Part shown: positions 35,271-49,200 of the stretch, in pieces
How positions within the stretch are numbered: the stretch's first letter is position 1
How the letters are laid out: the number at the start of each line of letters is the position of its first letter
Program-made: the position numbers and the translations under genes
The notes under the pieces: model-generated
What the model was told of the DNA's origin: nothing
Database searches by the model: none
What the model saw: only the letters and a program-made list of their open reading frames with translations
Assembly (NCBI GenBank): GCA_035084275.1
Contig: CM068756.1
Coordinates: 5,828,001 to 5,892,000, forward strand
Reading direction: 5' to 3'
Origin: Hydrolagus colliei
Taxonomy: Eukaryota
Length of the DNA stretch: 64,000 bases

Positions 35271-38200
35271 TGCGTTCCATTTTGCTTCTGTTACCGCTAG
35301 CGGAAATTAAGTCTAAGTCATTAAGAAAGGTCAAGTGGTTCATTTCCAGTTGTTAAGCTATTTAATTTGCATGATAAGAATATTCCGTCTAATGTTCCAT
35401 TAGATGACTTAGCTTACCACCGGTGTTAAATTTACATGTGTAAAAGTGCTAAATCGAGCATTATCAGTTGGGTGGTAAATGGCTAATTTTCCATTGTTAA
35501 ACTCTTTAACAATAGGCCAAATGACCTTGTTTCTCCCTGCTTGGTCATATATTTCACCACTATAGAGCTGTCTTTCCATAAAAGGAATAACTAATTTTAG
35601 ATTCCAGCTAGATAGTGATTGAAGGCTTGTCAGACTGTTCTCTGTCTACTGATCTGCTACTGAGACTTAGTGGACCATAATACTCAGTGTGCAATGATTG
35701 CCCACTCGAAGAGGGAGAGGTCTATTGTGAGAGGGAAAATTGTGGTGATTCTTGCAGGGAGAGCTCCACCAGCTTTAAACTTAAACTCTCGCGAGGCTTC
35801 TGCTCAGATAGAATATAATGATACATTCTTATAATTTAAACCATATGGAGGCTATTATGGCAAACAATACAGCTATAAGGTTCACAGGCATACAGGGCTA
35901 TAAAAATGATTGCTCCCATCAGCAATAGGTCTCTTGGATATAGTTGTGTTGGATGTTATCACTGTGTTTGCCTGAAGGTTGAAAGTTATGTTCAAGGTAA
36001 CATTGTTGTGACAGACTGTTGACCTGGACACATTTGAACCTGGCTTGTATGAAAAGCAATGTGCTGGAAAATCTTCCAACTCTGGGTTTGTTTTCTACTT
36101 CCACCTCAATAATTCCTTCATGTTTGTGAATGGCAGTGCATAAAGGATAATGGGGAACTAGCAAAGGGTTCAGGAAATAACTGTTTATTTTGGGAGTTTG
36201 CAATATAATGAGAGTGAAGCTTGAGTAACTTAGCTGCTGACCTCAAGTGAGATACTTTCATGATAAGTATTCGCATGTATTTACAAAACCATAATTTTAG
36301 CCATTAAAATTAAGTACAACCTGTTGTGTTGAAAAATATGTATTGGCAGCAAGTAAGTGTGGCCAATACTGTGTGCAATACTTTGAGTTCAGCTGAATAC
36401 GAGATATAATCACTACATCATTACTAGAATTTAAACTAGGAAGGTACTAAAAAGAAGAGCCCTTTTTATATTATCTTTAATTTTAGGATAATGAATTATA
36501 ACATTGGATGACATTATATACCTAAGATTTCAACTGGGGAACATGGATTTGCTACACAGAATAACATTAACCTCAGACGTTGGTCTCTCTCAGCTGTTCG
36601 GGGCAGGTTAGGTCTTACTTTCAATTTATACTAACTAATAATCCCTGCATTTGATATAGCAATGTCAAAACTAGTCTTTAAAAAATCCTGTAAGGAGCTT
36701 TGTTGGAATGCCCCATGCCCCTTGGATTTTTACTGTGAGGTGTAGTGGCTGTGTATTTATAGATAAATTTAGAGGAAACTGCTTCCATTCCATTTTAAAG
36801 AAAAGAACCATGCTGCTCACTGGGTTCTCAGTGACACTGAGGATCTAATTTGTTATGTATATGGTTGAGGTATCTTGTTCCTTGGGACTCTTCTTACATT
36901 TGTGATCCCAGTCAGCTCTGATCGCAGCAAAAATGCCTGGGGAGAAAAGCTGGGCAGGTTGATTATTGAACAGAAATCTAAATGCTCTGGAGGACATATG
37001 GTCTCAATTAGTAATTATCTAAAGAAAGGTCAACTGAGTATCCTACTCTGCACTTCCTATGTACTCTCTGACTGACGGCACTGATGAAATTCTATTGTTT
37101 CTAGTGCTTAGCAAGGCTGCAGAGGAATAGCTAACCTCTTGCTTATATGCATTATACTGTGTTGATGATAGCATCACTAGAGAGCGATAAAGCTAATGCC
37201 GCTGGGGCTCCTATTGCGAGTTTGCCCAGGACCCAGATCTAGGAAACATCTTCACTTCCTTCTGAGTGCCATTTAGAGATGTTTTGACAAGTGTCCAATG
37301 GGATGTGCTTGGTAAGCATGCTGGAGATTGACTCCTACAGGGAAATGAAGTGCCCTCTGAGTACATAACTCAATCTATTCTGATTCACTTTCCATTCTTA
37401 GAGTAAATGGACAAAATCATTGAGGCATCATTACAAAGCTGAGGGACATCAAGGCTGAGGAAATGAACCTCTTTTCAGTTTGAGTGTATTGTGTTAGCAA
37501 CAAGCACACTAGGTTACGGGAAGATTGAAGCTGCCCCCAAAGTGCTCTATTCAAAGAGTACAGTACTTGTATCATTATGATTTTTTTCATATCCTGTGCC
37601 ATTTACCCTCGTGGCTTCTCTGACTGTGACTGTCAATTTAATCTCAATTAGCGACAAATTTGTGTCCACCAGGAAAAGGGCTAACACTACCTCCAAACTC
37701 CTTTCACATCACTACGCTCGCAGCTGACAGTGGGATGCCAGATCCCAGGGGTTGTTCGGACACCATGACAAAGTGTTGCAACCCAGTACCCAAAGTCTTT
37801 GAGCTTGGAACGCCTAGAGGCAAAGAGGGGTCCTGTACTCAGATAAACATTTATTCTCTCCTGTGGTGTAATGGGTCACAGTTTCTAAATTGAGCCAGTG
37901 TCTGATCAACTTTGTAGCTTTGTGAAATGTACAATGTCTTCTATTTTCTAGGCTCCTGTTTGTATTGAATTAGGAGCACAAATCGTTGTCTCTAATGGAT
38001 ACAAGAGTCGCTTTGCACTGGGAATCTCTCATATAGCGCCAGCTCAGTGTATCCAGCTCACACTCACTTTAAAGACACGTCTGTCTTTAAAGCTTCTGAG
38101 GAAAAGCCTTAAGAATTGCTCAGAAGCTAGTTTAAAAAGGATGTGGGTGCTTAAGATTTATATTAAAATTACTTCCTCTTATATACATTCTCCTTTAATT

Positions 38201-39840
38201 ATCACTAATTAGGCAGATTAAGCTTGCAGAGGAAAAACATTTTTAAAAAATTTATGTTTACATGTCTGCGATCATTTCCATCATTGAATAATTTGATTTA
38301 TATGGTCTTTCTTTCCTTTTTCTTAATAAATACTTTGAAAGTTGCTTCCAAGTTGTGGCTTCCAAAACATATATTAATGGTAGAGTGGATTTACATCTGG
38401 GTCTGTTAGCTGTTTGATCCATTCAACAACAGCACAGCCAAGACTCTGTTATTACACATCTGCTTGTGGGATCACAAGCTTTTTTGTAGATTCAAAATTA
38501 AGCTGAATGTCAGAAATGGTAGTACAGTGATACCTGGGGTAAAAATCATTGCCAGAGCAAGCTTAGAAACACAAAAAAATGGCTAAATTGTTCAAAGCAG
38601 ATTTGCAAGTCTTGAGAACGTTGATAGATATTTGTAAATTAAAGCAAACATCAGCACTATTTAAAGAACATCAAATAAAATCATCCTCTTAAAGAAGCGA
38701 AAAACAGAAACTTCTCCAGGCTGTGAATATTTCAGCATAAAATGAGCTACAGTTGTATCTAATCTATCAAGGCAATGTAAACTTCTGTACATATTCAAAC
38801 CAGTCTATTATTTTGGCACCCAAGGTGCATCATAACTCCATCCCATACAAAAGATAAATGTTTAATAAGTTGATTTAGTGTACCTACTTTCTACTTGTAC
38901 AGCTTAATTAAAAACCCATATGCTGATACATACAACAAGTTTTCTAAAGGAAACATATCCAGGTCAATGTGTAGAGTTAAACTACATTTGACAGATTGCA
39001 CCCTTGCTGGGCTGAAGATTTAGCTAATAAATTGAACATAGTTTTCTAGGCTTTGATGAATTGTTCATCAAACCAAATTTTATAAGGATTTCCCTGATTC
39101 TCCACCCTGAGATAATATTTCTTTTTCAATTTGCAAAGTACAGGATATATTTCTATCTACAGTGTTATCTAAAATGTTATTATGCGAGTTTCGATAACAG
39201 ACACTATGGAATATCGCACCAAATCTGCCTTGGAAAAGATCACTTTTTTCAATGCACTTTTTGTATGCTATCATCTCTAGCATACAAGCTAGAGATGTTA
39301 AAGAAAACAGAAATTGGCTAATAGCACACAGAGAGTGTTCCATCAGAAAACTAAAACAAGTGTGAAATGATTCATTTTCAGACAGCGCAAGCATATAAGT
39401 GTTAATTTTATGGAGGGGAGATATTTTGCTTGAACAGTAAGCTGAAAATCACTAGGGGGGACTTTCTGGAAGGTAATATTGCGACTGGATATGCTTGAGA
39501 ACTGAACATACTTAATTTGGAATTACAACTTCACTGAAACACTCAAGTGTTGGCTGAATATTCTGATGTGCATGCAACTCCATCCGACCATCTGGCTCAG
39601 CTACTCCTACCAGGCAGCTCTCCTGATCAAACTATTTGCATCGTTCTTCCACATGAAAAAATTCAAAGAATAAGCATGAAAACAAGAAAACAAACCAGAT
39701 TGTACCTTTCGCAAAACTGCTCTTTAACATTCTCTTAAAGGATTGAGCAGCCGAAACAGGCACATTTTTGTATTAAATATTCCAGTCCTAGGCCAAATGC
39801 TAAAGTACAATCTTTTCAATGTGTCTTCAGAACAGGATTT

Positions 39841-40140
39841 TAATAATGATACTAATCCTTCCATTTGATCTCGCATCTTATCACGTCTGCAAGGGCTTCA
39901 CGGAGTTTTCTCTGATGGGTCGTATCTGTGCATTTGAAGAAGAGTTTGTGTACAGTAATGTTCTGCAAATAGTCATGAAGTGAATTACCATTTGTTTTCT
40001 CTCTGGAGGATTGTTGGCCAAGATGCTGGGTGAAATGCCTCTCACTATTTGAATACAGTAAAGTGATCTTTAACATCATCCTGAATAGGCAGAAGGGCCC
40101 TCAATTTAACATCTCATTCACAGGACAACACCTACAATTC
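39841..40140 (-). mobile_element. Deu-domain SINE fragment
   Basis: taataat..cttccatttgat...ggaggattgttggccaagatgctggg...gatctttaacatcatcctgaataggcagaagggccctcaatttaacatctcattc. Confidence 0.75.
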
Positions 40141-40739
40141 ATTCATTATATAAATAGTAATAGAGTGATTAGAATAAATTTTACACAGGAAAGAAACACA
40201 AAAGAAAAATCAGTACAAAGTAACTAAATGTCTTCATACCCTATTTCTTAGATAGGTACACTTGAAGCATGATCTTATAACGAACACATCACACCACACG
40301 CCTGGCTATTCAGTGATATGCACTTATGCAAGAAATGCAAAAGCAAATCTGAATCAAATAACAGAGATATCAGGTGCAGAAAATAAATTGCATTAATGTG
40401 CAATTAACGTACAATATCCAAAAAGAAAGAACAGCTTGCAACCTTGTGGTACATCAAGTGAAGGCGAGCAGGGATAAACTATTGATCAGAAACAATGCAC
40501 TTTTATTGTAAACCTTTGGAATAAATTCGCTTAGTGCAGAATTTATATGAAGGAAACTTCATGCCTTTCTACCGCCGATTTGCTGATCTGCTTTGTAACA
40601 TTACACACAAATATTAAGCACTCTCAAACCCAGTAATAGTGTATGGATTGTACACAGACGTATGTGTATGTATCGGTCCACAAACAAAGACAAAGCGGCT
40701 ACTCTTTTTATGGGAAGCCAGCATTTAATCCAGTAAACT

Positions 40740-41195
40740 GCAGGGGATCAATATCCTGGTGAAATGAGACCACGTTCAAGTTATTTTGATGTGGATGGTT
40801 AGCTAATTTTGGAATGGAGACATTTCTTTCAGAGACAGACATTTAGTAGTGATAATGTCAATCACTGAGGTTGTATGGCTGTGTCAAGGTATGGGGAGTG
40901 TGGATTTATTGATGGAAGTATATCTATGCACAATTTTGAGAGAATTCTGAATGGCTAGATACACTCTAACTGTAATATTATATTGTAAAATGACATTAAT
41001 CTTAAACCACATTTGCAAAATGACACAGAAACAGTTTCATAGAATCACAGGAAAGTTCCATGGATGATAATCGCAGGCAGCAGCTGAGCAGTTGTAGGGA
41101 TGGGTGATCCGATCAGGAGGTACAAAACTGCTGAAGATTGTTGTGCTGGTCAACACAAAGATTCTTACCCAGAACCTCTTCCCCAAATAAGGAAA
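40740..41195 (+). mobile_element. Degraded CR1 ORF2-end fragments
   Basis: ggagacatttctttcagagacag and gggtgatccgatcaggaggtacaaaactg...agaacctcttcccc loosely resemble CR1 3' coding sequence. Confidence 0.35.
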
Positions 41196-41315
41196 ATCCA
41201 AGTTATTCAACAGTCAGTGAATACATGGCATGATCTTTTCAACTCTGCAAATATATAGATGCATATTTTAGTACAGCTAGGATTCTCAACTATATTCAGA
41301 CAAGGTCCACTTATG

Positions 41316-41615
41316 ATAATAATAATAGTAACAATAATCCTTGCATTTGATGCAGTCTTTCATATTATGACAATGTCTCAAAGCACTTCACTGCAATAAC
41401 TGTGATGTGTAGATACTGTGTATTTTATAGATGAACGCAGCAGCTAATTTGTGCTCAACAATATCCCTCAAGCAGCCATTAAGTGAATTACCAATTTTAT
41501 GTGGGAGATTGTTGGCCTCGACACCAGAAAAAACTCCCTTAATTTTTTGATTGCTGTCATTGGATCTTTAACATCCACCTGGGCAGACAGACAGGGCATT
41601 GGTTTGAAAGCTCCT
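41316..41615 (-). mobile_element. Deu-domain SINE fragment
   Basis: aataatccttgcatttgat...tgtctcaaagcacttcac...gcagcagctaatttgtgc...acaccagaaaaaactccc...ggatctttaacatccacctgggcagacagacaggg. Confidence 0.8.
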
Positions 41616-41839
41616 TCAGTCATTCACTTTACTGAGGTGGGTCCAGATGCACTGTACCTCTGTACAACAATGCCCAAATCAGCTTCTATCACAATGCAAA
41701 GCATTTAGCAGTAAGTATCAAAAGGTAAAAGTTGACTTGCAGCTCACAAGATTGTGCATAATGCATGATCTTAGCAACCCATGTCCCCATCTCAATTCCA
41801 CCATGAGCCTTGGACTTTGAGTATTTGAAAAAGGGAACT

Positions 41840-42175
41840 CAATAGAGAACACATCTTTTTAACCTCGACTCACTCAAGCCCTGCTGAACCTTTGCCTATG
41901 TTCTGTGCCCTGTGGTCTATCACATAGCCTGCTTACACGTGCATTATCCATTCCTTTCAATGTTGTAAAGAGTGCAATCTCCCACTCTCCTATGATCTAT
42001 TGTAATGAAACCAAGTTCAGGTCTGCGAGTCTCCCCTCAAAAAGAGAGCCTCAAGCCTAAGAATCACTGGTCTCTCTTTGACCCTCTCCAAAACATCAAT
42101 ATAATTTTTAAGGTAGGAGACAAGGATTTGTGCAGCTTATTGCAAGTGTGGCATCATCATTGATTTACACAAGGG
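41840..42175 (-). mobile_element. CR1 ORF2 C-terminal fragment
   Basis: ctttgaccctctccaaaacatcaatataatttttaaggtaggagacaaggatttgtgcagcttattgcaagtgtggc is the antisense of the CR1 region RPHLEY..Q.WSP.L.KDI..LERVQR. Confidence 0.6.
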
Positions 42176-42473
42176 AGAAAAGGGTCTAATACGCCATGTA
42201 AATCTAATCATTTATAATGATTGCAAATGTCCTTGGATGTACTGGAGGTGGGTTCCCTTAGCCTCACCCGATCACCATTCACAATGTTGAATAAAGCTAA
42301 ATTATGCCTTTAATTTGGGATAGCATTATTAACTTAAGATTTTAACAAACACCTGGTTGTTAGTGGGATCATTGCATTAGTTCTGCGTAAATTGCTGTCC
42401 TAGTAACCTGTGCCCAAAAACCAACAACTGGAAGTGTAATTCGCCACCCGGTTTGTACAATCTCAGCACAGAG

Positions 42474-42530
42474 AACAACAACTTGCATTTATATAACGCC
42501 CTTCACACGGGGTAGAGTCCCAGAGTGCTT
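42474..42530 (-). mobile_element. Isolated L2-family 3' tail
   Basis: aacaacaacttgcatttatataacgcccttcacacggggtagagtcccagagtgctt; same variant as the tail at 57607-57657. Confidence 0.75.
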
Positions 42531-44429
42531 GGTGGGTTGGTGGGTGGGGGGAGTATGTGGGGAGGGGATTGTCAAGGGAAGGGCCGTAATTTCTGCCTCT
42601 ATCACAGGCTTGTTAAAGATACATTAGAAATTACAACATTTAGACCACATGTTGAACCCCAAGTTTGAAATCTTGAAGAAAAAGGGTAATGCAGCTATCA
42701 GGAGAAAACGCACATGTTTATTTGTAGATTGCAAGCCGTATTCACAGAGGCTGCGCAAAGGGAAAAATTACACTGGTGAGTAAAAGCTGACAACTCACAA
42801 GCGACAAAATTAAAACAAATCTTAGAATCTGCACCTTCCAATGTGTTCCAGCACATCTGTAATAATGGTAGTCTTCAACCAGATAATTAAATGAAAGTTA
42901 TAATGAGATTAATTACAATGCAGAGGGAGCTTTAACATTCTCCTCTGCGAGTCTTCCATGTTTTGCCTCCACTTCCCATCTGAAGTGAGTGACCATCACT
43001 ATGTTGAACATACCCTCATTGGAAAGAAAGAATAGAATTCACAGAGGGCTTGAGCCCAGGACAGAATAGTGTAACATGGAACTGAGGATTCTGCCCCATG
43101 ATTCAATATTAAGATGGAAACATTTCAGGTATGAAAGTGGCAAATAGTGCACTTTAATTCTAGCTGGTGACTGGACTCATGTGTTAACCCTTATACTGCT
43201 AAAGATGGATTTCAGATGGATTTTCAGCAGGCCAAAGGTTAAAAGCATTTCACCGTTGTCTTTACATCAAGTAGTTGAGCTAAAATCTCATTCTACCCTC
43301 ATGACATAAAGCTATAATTCCTTTTCCTCCTGATGGAAGCTGTCCCACTAATTCATCCCTGCTGAGGAGGTTTTTCAAGCTGGCACACAGAAGCCTCGTG
43401 GAGGCAGTGACGTCAGTGGCAACCCTCAAATGATCAAACAGCACTTTTACTGTATTTCATTGTGAATCCACCCAGAATGCATTCTAACAATTATTGCATT
43501 TTATCCTTTTGTTTTATTCGTATTCAATATCAGATTTATTTTATTCAAAGTTCCTGTCCGTAACATATAGAATTGAGAAAAGAAAAGTGTATACCCTATA
43601 ACAACAAAATACATAAAGAACACTTTTCGGGAATCCTTTTCAAAAAGCAGTCTAAATGTGATGAGCAGGGCAACACACATGGGCACTTCAATATTGCTGT
43701 TGTTTGAAGATCTGTTAAGTAAAAAGCTTTGTTGTCTACGACTCTTACCATGCTCTTAAAATGTAAAAAGCTAAACCAATACTTTCACTGAACTTCAGCA
43801 AACAGTGGTTCATCAATCAGAATGACATAATAATTACATCACATGATTAAGGGGGTGTCACGTATCTCCGAAGACCAGTTGTGTAGCCTCCCGAGAGTAC
43901 AAAGGTAGGTTAAAGGTCAGCAAAATTCCAAATTTTCACAACAATCAAGGCATGGTTGTAAATCAAGTAACTTTCTTCAAATACTGTATTGAGCCACGTC
44001 TGTGGTGCCATGAAAAGGAAATGGCCCCAGTATTTAGCGAAAGACAAAGAATGTAGGAGATTGCGTCGGTTGAAGTAGTTCACTGAGTTTATTTCCAAAG
44101 TGAGAGAAAAACATAATTCACAAGGGCCCCAAGTGAAATCAATCCAATAGTGCTCCGCCACCACCACCGCATTTCATTACATTTGTTCCATGCACTTTAG
44201 CTTTTTTTTGTCATTGCAATAAATATGGTTTCTGATCGCTGCCGATGTCTTGTGTGTGGAAGGTTACCAGCCTCTGCAGGTTCTGTGGTTGATGTACTCC
44301 AATGAGTGCCAGCTGCCTACTAATTGGCACTCATTCCTTGTAGCTTTGCTGGCATTGAGTCTCTTTTGGATCTTTTGTGTAACATAGAGGTATAATTTGT
44401 GCTTTTTTTTTAACAGGATTTCTTTACAA

Positions 44430-44620
44430 GGAATCCTGAAGGCAGAATGATTTTTTTTCTCCCCATTCAGAACTCAGAGGTACTAAAGTCAGTCATATCA
44501 CTTGAATTATGTATCAAGCTGAGACCAGCTAACTCGGCACATAAGACCAAGAATCAAACCCGCAACCTTCTGCGGAGTTATACAATGGGCACGGCCTTTA
44601 CCCATGCAGTACTCAGAAAG
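44430..44620 (-). mobile_element. LF-SINE-like fragment (5' half with tRNA-like head)
   Basis: gctgagaccagctaactcggcacataagaccaagaatcaaacccgcaaccttc...gcctttacccatgcag matches the antisense of the recalled LF-SINE head. Confidence 0.6.
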
Positions 44621-44804
44621 CTTATCTTCCTGTTTCCCAGGGATGTGACATTTTGAAAATACAGCCAGTTAAAGGGTTTTGTTTGGTGATTGAAGGAACA
44701 TTTCAATTATTTAATCCAATCTAAAGTTTACTTTGGAGTTTGTCTATGTATATGTACTGTAGATGTATATAGCTATATATATATTTTTATGACAACACTT
44801 TTAA

Positions 44805-44892
44805 ATGTTCACCAACAAAATACACAGTCACTGCACTTTACAGTGAATCATGATTGCATGGCATCAAATGCAAAGATGATTATTGTTTGTTG
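44805..44892 (+). mobile_element. SINE 3' tail fragment with internal deletion
   Basis: caaaatacacagtcactgcactttacagtg...atcaaatgcaaagatgattattg. Confidence 0.55.
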
Positions 44893-46228
44893 AAGTCCTA
44901 AAGAGAAGGTGAGGCAGGACTCAGATCACATAGTTTACCACAAGAAGCCACACTAATCGAGACTGGTCTTTAACATTGTTATATTTTAACTTAGGTCTTT
45001 GATGTGAAAGAGCATTCCCACATCTGAGATGTCATCTATGGCTATAGACTTGATGTGACTCTTTTGGGGAATAATGATGTGCCCTCTGTACAACTGCAAA
45101 TAGCAAAGAACAAGGGGAATTTGTATGTGTTTTCTCAGGGGTAAGAAATGCAATGTATATCTAATGAGTGGAAATGTAAACACTGGGAATGTATTCATTA
45201 CAAAATAGACTATTGAGTATGTGCCGAAAGATGACTACCATGATTCTTGTGGGTCAGAGAATGATCTGTTTTATCAACCATTTAATTCAGGGAACTTTCG
45301 TCAGCAATGCTAAGCTTGTGTGTGTATTACGTCTAGCTCCAATATATTTTTGTGTCTATTTCACTAAGAATAGTTTAGACCAAACAGTGTGTTATACTTG
45401 ATAAGGGTTTGACGTAGAGCGATTAAGAAGCAATGTCTCACACTTTAACCCACTTACTGTTCTTTGCGACGTGAAAATTGCTTTGTCTGCCACCTTTAGA
45501 ATCTGGATGCTGCATGTTTTCACCCTGTATTTCCTCCCAAAAGCGGAACTGGTATTTTTCGGGGGAAAAGAGAAAGCGCTTGAGTAGTTTTGTGCTACTG
45601 TGGGAACCAACTCTATTTTTTTATTAAATCAAAATTGCCTCTGATGAAACAGACAAGAGTAAAGCCCCCCAAATATCAATAGTGGTGCGTGGGCTGCAAT
45701 TCGTCTCACTTTCTAACATTATTTTGTTTTGTACTAGCAAATAATTCTGCCAAAGTAAAAGCAGAACTTTGGCCCTTAACAGTCTTAAATGCAGAGGCAA
45801 CAATAATATGGATTTAGCGCCCATCATGTGGGTTAGCATTTCGGAGCACTTAATAATTGTGTACTTTAACACTAAGCTGTGGAGAAAGGGGAGGTAACAT
45901 AGGCACAATCGAAAAGGAAAGTCTTCAGGTGTGAATTGAAGATAGGAAAGAATAGGCAAGACAGTGGTTGCGTACCTATATTAACGAGGTGTATAAAATA
46001 TCATCTATTAAAGGCAGCAAGATTCAACCAAGGGTTCTGAGCTGGCCTAACATGCATAAAACTTTTGAAAGTAAAGGGTATGGTAGTGCCAGACAATACT
46101 AGTATCTGCAGGCTGATGCAAATCAAACATTGCCACTTTTTGACTCAAGTTGACTGAGCCAGGTTGATAGCAACTGTGCAGGTAGATAGCTCCCAAAGTC
46201 GAGCAACAGCAACTCGAAGCCACCAGGG

Positions 46229-46282
46229 ACCTGATCCAGGGACACCTATAGTTCCACCTGATCCAGGGACACCTATAGCTCC
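46229..46282. repeat. 27-bp tandem duplication
   Basis: acctgatccagggacacctatagttcc and acctgatccagggacacctatagctcc (1 mismatch). Confidence 0.95.
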
Positions 46283-49200
46283 TATATTTGAAATCCAAAT
46301 CACTTAGTTTTTATTAGCAGGGGGAGAGGACATCAAAAGCAACTGTACTTTTGGGGGACGTTTTGAAAACTGCAAGGAGTAGAGAATGAATCTGATTTTC
46401 AACCTACATACTGTTTCTAAAAAGGGACCATTCATGCAATCATCAATTCCTACCCTCAGTCTCCTTTGAACAAATATTTAACTCTGTTCAGTACCTTCCA
46501 GCTCTTTTCCAGGATACATTTTGGAAGTATTCAACCCAAGTGCAATTTAACGACAGCTTTTGCTGATTTGTTTGTTGTGAAAAAGAGTTTAAGTGCATTC
46601 TGTTGCCTTATCTAATAGATTGTCTCGGAAATTACTTATGAAAATTCAAAACGTTAATTTCAAAAGAAACGGCAATTTTTTTAAAGGTTTTTGTTAAGGC
46701 TTTTTTTTCAAAGAAATGTGAAATGTTGTTTTATAAGATGTCTCATCGCCTTTGATTTTTGAATTATTCCTCAAGCAAACCAACCAAAAAGCCCATTGTC
46801 CCTTTAATCTGAAGCTTCAATCAAAAGAGGGAAAAAATAAACAATATTTATTATCTATACTGTCAGGACCACCTAGTTGCTCTTCAACAAAGGAAGGAAC
46901 CATTGCCAAGTGCACTTCAAAGCATCAGTGCTTTAGAACTTTAGAGATCCTGACAAGCCCTATATGAGTTTGTGGTATGCACGGCAATGCCAGATAATTG
47001 GACCATGTTGTGAAATGAAATTTAACAAATTAAAATTCTAATTAAAAATCCTAATTCCATTTTCACTGAGAGTGAAATCCATTGTAGTTATGCATAATCC
47101 CATCCTCTTCGGCATCTAGTACTACAAAAATGCAGTAAAACCGATGTCAAAGCACAGGAAATGGCTCCGCTGTCTGTGGAGGGAGAGAACTTTACAACCA
47201 TATTGTCAGTGTAATTTGGTTGTTAACCCACTACAGACTGGTGGCTATTGTGCAGGTATGCAATGGGAACTACACCTTACAAAGCAAACCCAATTCAGAA
47301 TTTTTTTTCACTCCCTGAACACATACGCAAATGACTAGCTGTCTATTTGTGCCTACTTTTAACCGGTATGTAGAAGCATAAATTATTTCTTTAAAATAAA
47401 CAGATGTAGGCAAAGTGATAAGCACAGGTTTATTAATAAATTATTCATGAGCTATAATTGATTATTGGTTGAATAATTGTTAAAAGTCCTTAATCATTGC
47501 CCTTTCAAGTAATTTTACTAAGCACTGTTGTAGAGGACAGCCTTACCGGATTTCATTCCATGTGTGACCTAATTTTAATGGGATTTGTGATGGAAGTTTA
47601 AACAGACCACAGTTCGAATTGATTATTAATCAAATACCTGAATAATCACTGAACCCATGCTGGACATTTCTAAATCTTCTCTGTGTGGGAATTTGTGCCC
47701 GTGCGTCCATTTGCTAAAATAAATTGCTGGCCAAAATTTGCAACAAAATAGAAAAATAATTCAAAAATAGAACAGAACAAACCACACAAAGGTAAAGCCT
47801 GAGACTCATATAATGACAACATGCAAAAAGCCCGATGAAAACAAGGCGAATCTCAAGCATTTTCTCTGCCACCACAGATGTAAACAGAAGAGATTCGGCT
47901 GATCCCTGAAGGTGGGCTCTGAATGAGGCTCCATTGGTTTTCCTCAGTTTCCTACTGTCTACAGTTTAATATTTTATGCCGTTGTCTATGTTCGTGTGAA
48001 GTGCTAAACATCATTTATGTTTCAGTCTATTTTAAAATGGGACGCCGAGTAGTTCAAACTGCAGTATGCAGACAGAATTCCTTCGTAGTGTATGTAGATG
48101 GTGGTTTGTGGTGAGGATGTAAGAGCTGAATTAAATGCAGTTTTTGTGTACTCATTTTTGACTGTCATGTTATCCCCAACATGACTAACTGATTTGTGAT
48201 ATGAAAAGTATTTGAGGTATGAATGAGATTTATTCCATTTTGCAGAGATAGTAATGGGTTTGAAGGCAATTGGTGAAGGATACAGTTGGGAATTTAGAGT
48301 TAAAAAATACCTGTTATTTTGCCAAGTTTGTTTTTCCATTCCCATTCCCTGCAATGAAGCTTTGCAAACAGTCCTGGAGTAAAGCCAAAATGTTTTTCTA
48401 CACCCAATCTTAACTCCAGCATATTAATTTGATAATCACAGACATAAAATTGTGCTGTTAAGTCTGCAATGCGGTATAAATTTGGATTCCTGAATAAATA
48501 AATAAATAAATACAAACTGTCATAAGGGTTGAGGTACACTGGCCTGTTCCAAATTTATTGCTTGCAAACATTTTGTTTGCGGGAAAGAAAGGCCTGCTGT
48601 TGTGACATTTGTGTTTTTTTTGAGGCGTTTGAGAGATTTGTTTCTTTAAGGCATTCTATAAGGCTTTAAAGCTCTACATGAAAAGACTAGAAAGACAAGG
48701 AATTCAATGATGATGCTCACTCCAATTGAAATCAGCAGGATATGTGAACAAATTCCCATATGATGAATAACAAAGACAAGGGTGGTTTACAGCCTTTGAT
48801 ACGTTTCTGCTAGATTAACCCTCAGTGGGATTTTTTTACCCTATGGCTTTCGTCTTTGTTCCAGTCTTCTGTGTGCTCAGTGACCCTGCTTGTGTGTATT
48901 TGACTTGTGACCCTGAATTTACTTATAAAATAAAGGCCATCTGACCAGAATACACACAAATGAACTGCAAGATCATGATTATCTAATTGTTTTCTTTACT
49001 TGCCCCTAATAACATGCAATATCCTCCCTTTGACTGAGGTGTAAACTGACATCTCAAAGGAATATTACTGGCAACGTAATACCAGCACAAATAGACCTTT
49101 GTGCTGTGATCTAATGGCCTACATTGCTTTTGTAGTTTAAATGCCTGGGTTGACTTAATTTATCCAACATTTCAGTTACTGTACTGCAGTAAAGTGAGCA

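Noticed and set aside
45691-45775. Possible Harbinger-like mini-MITE (gggctgcaattc...gaactttggccc)
   Set aside because: Termini are short and mismatched, with no clear target duplication.
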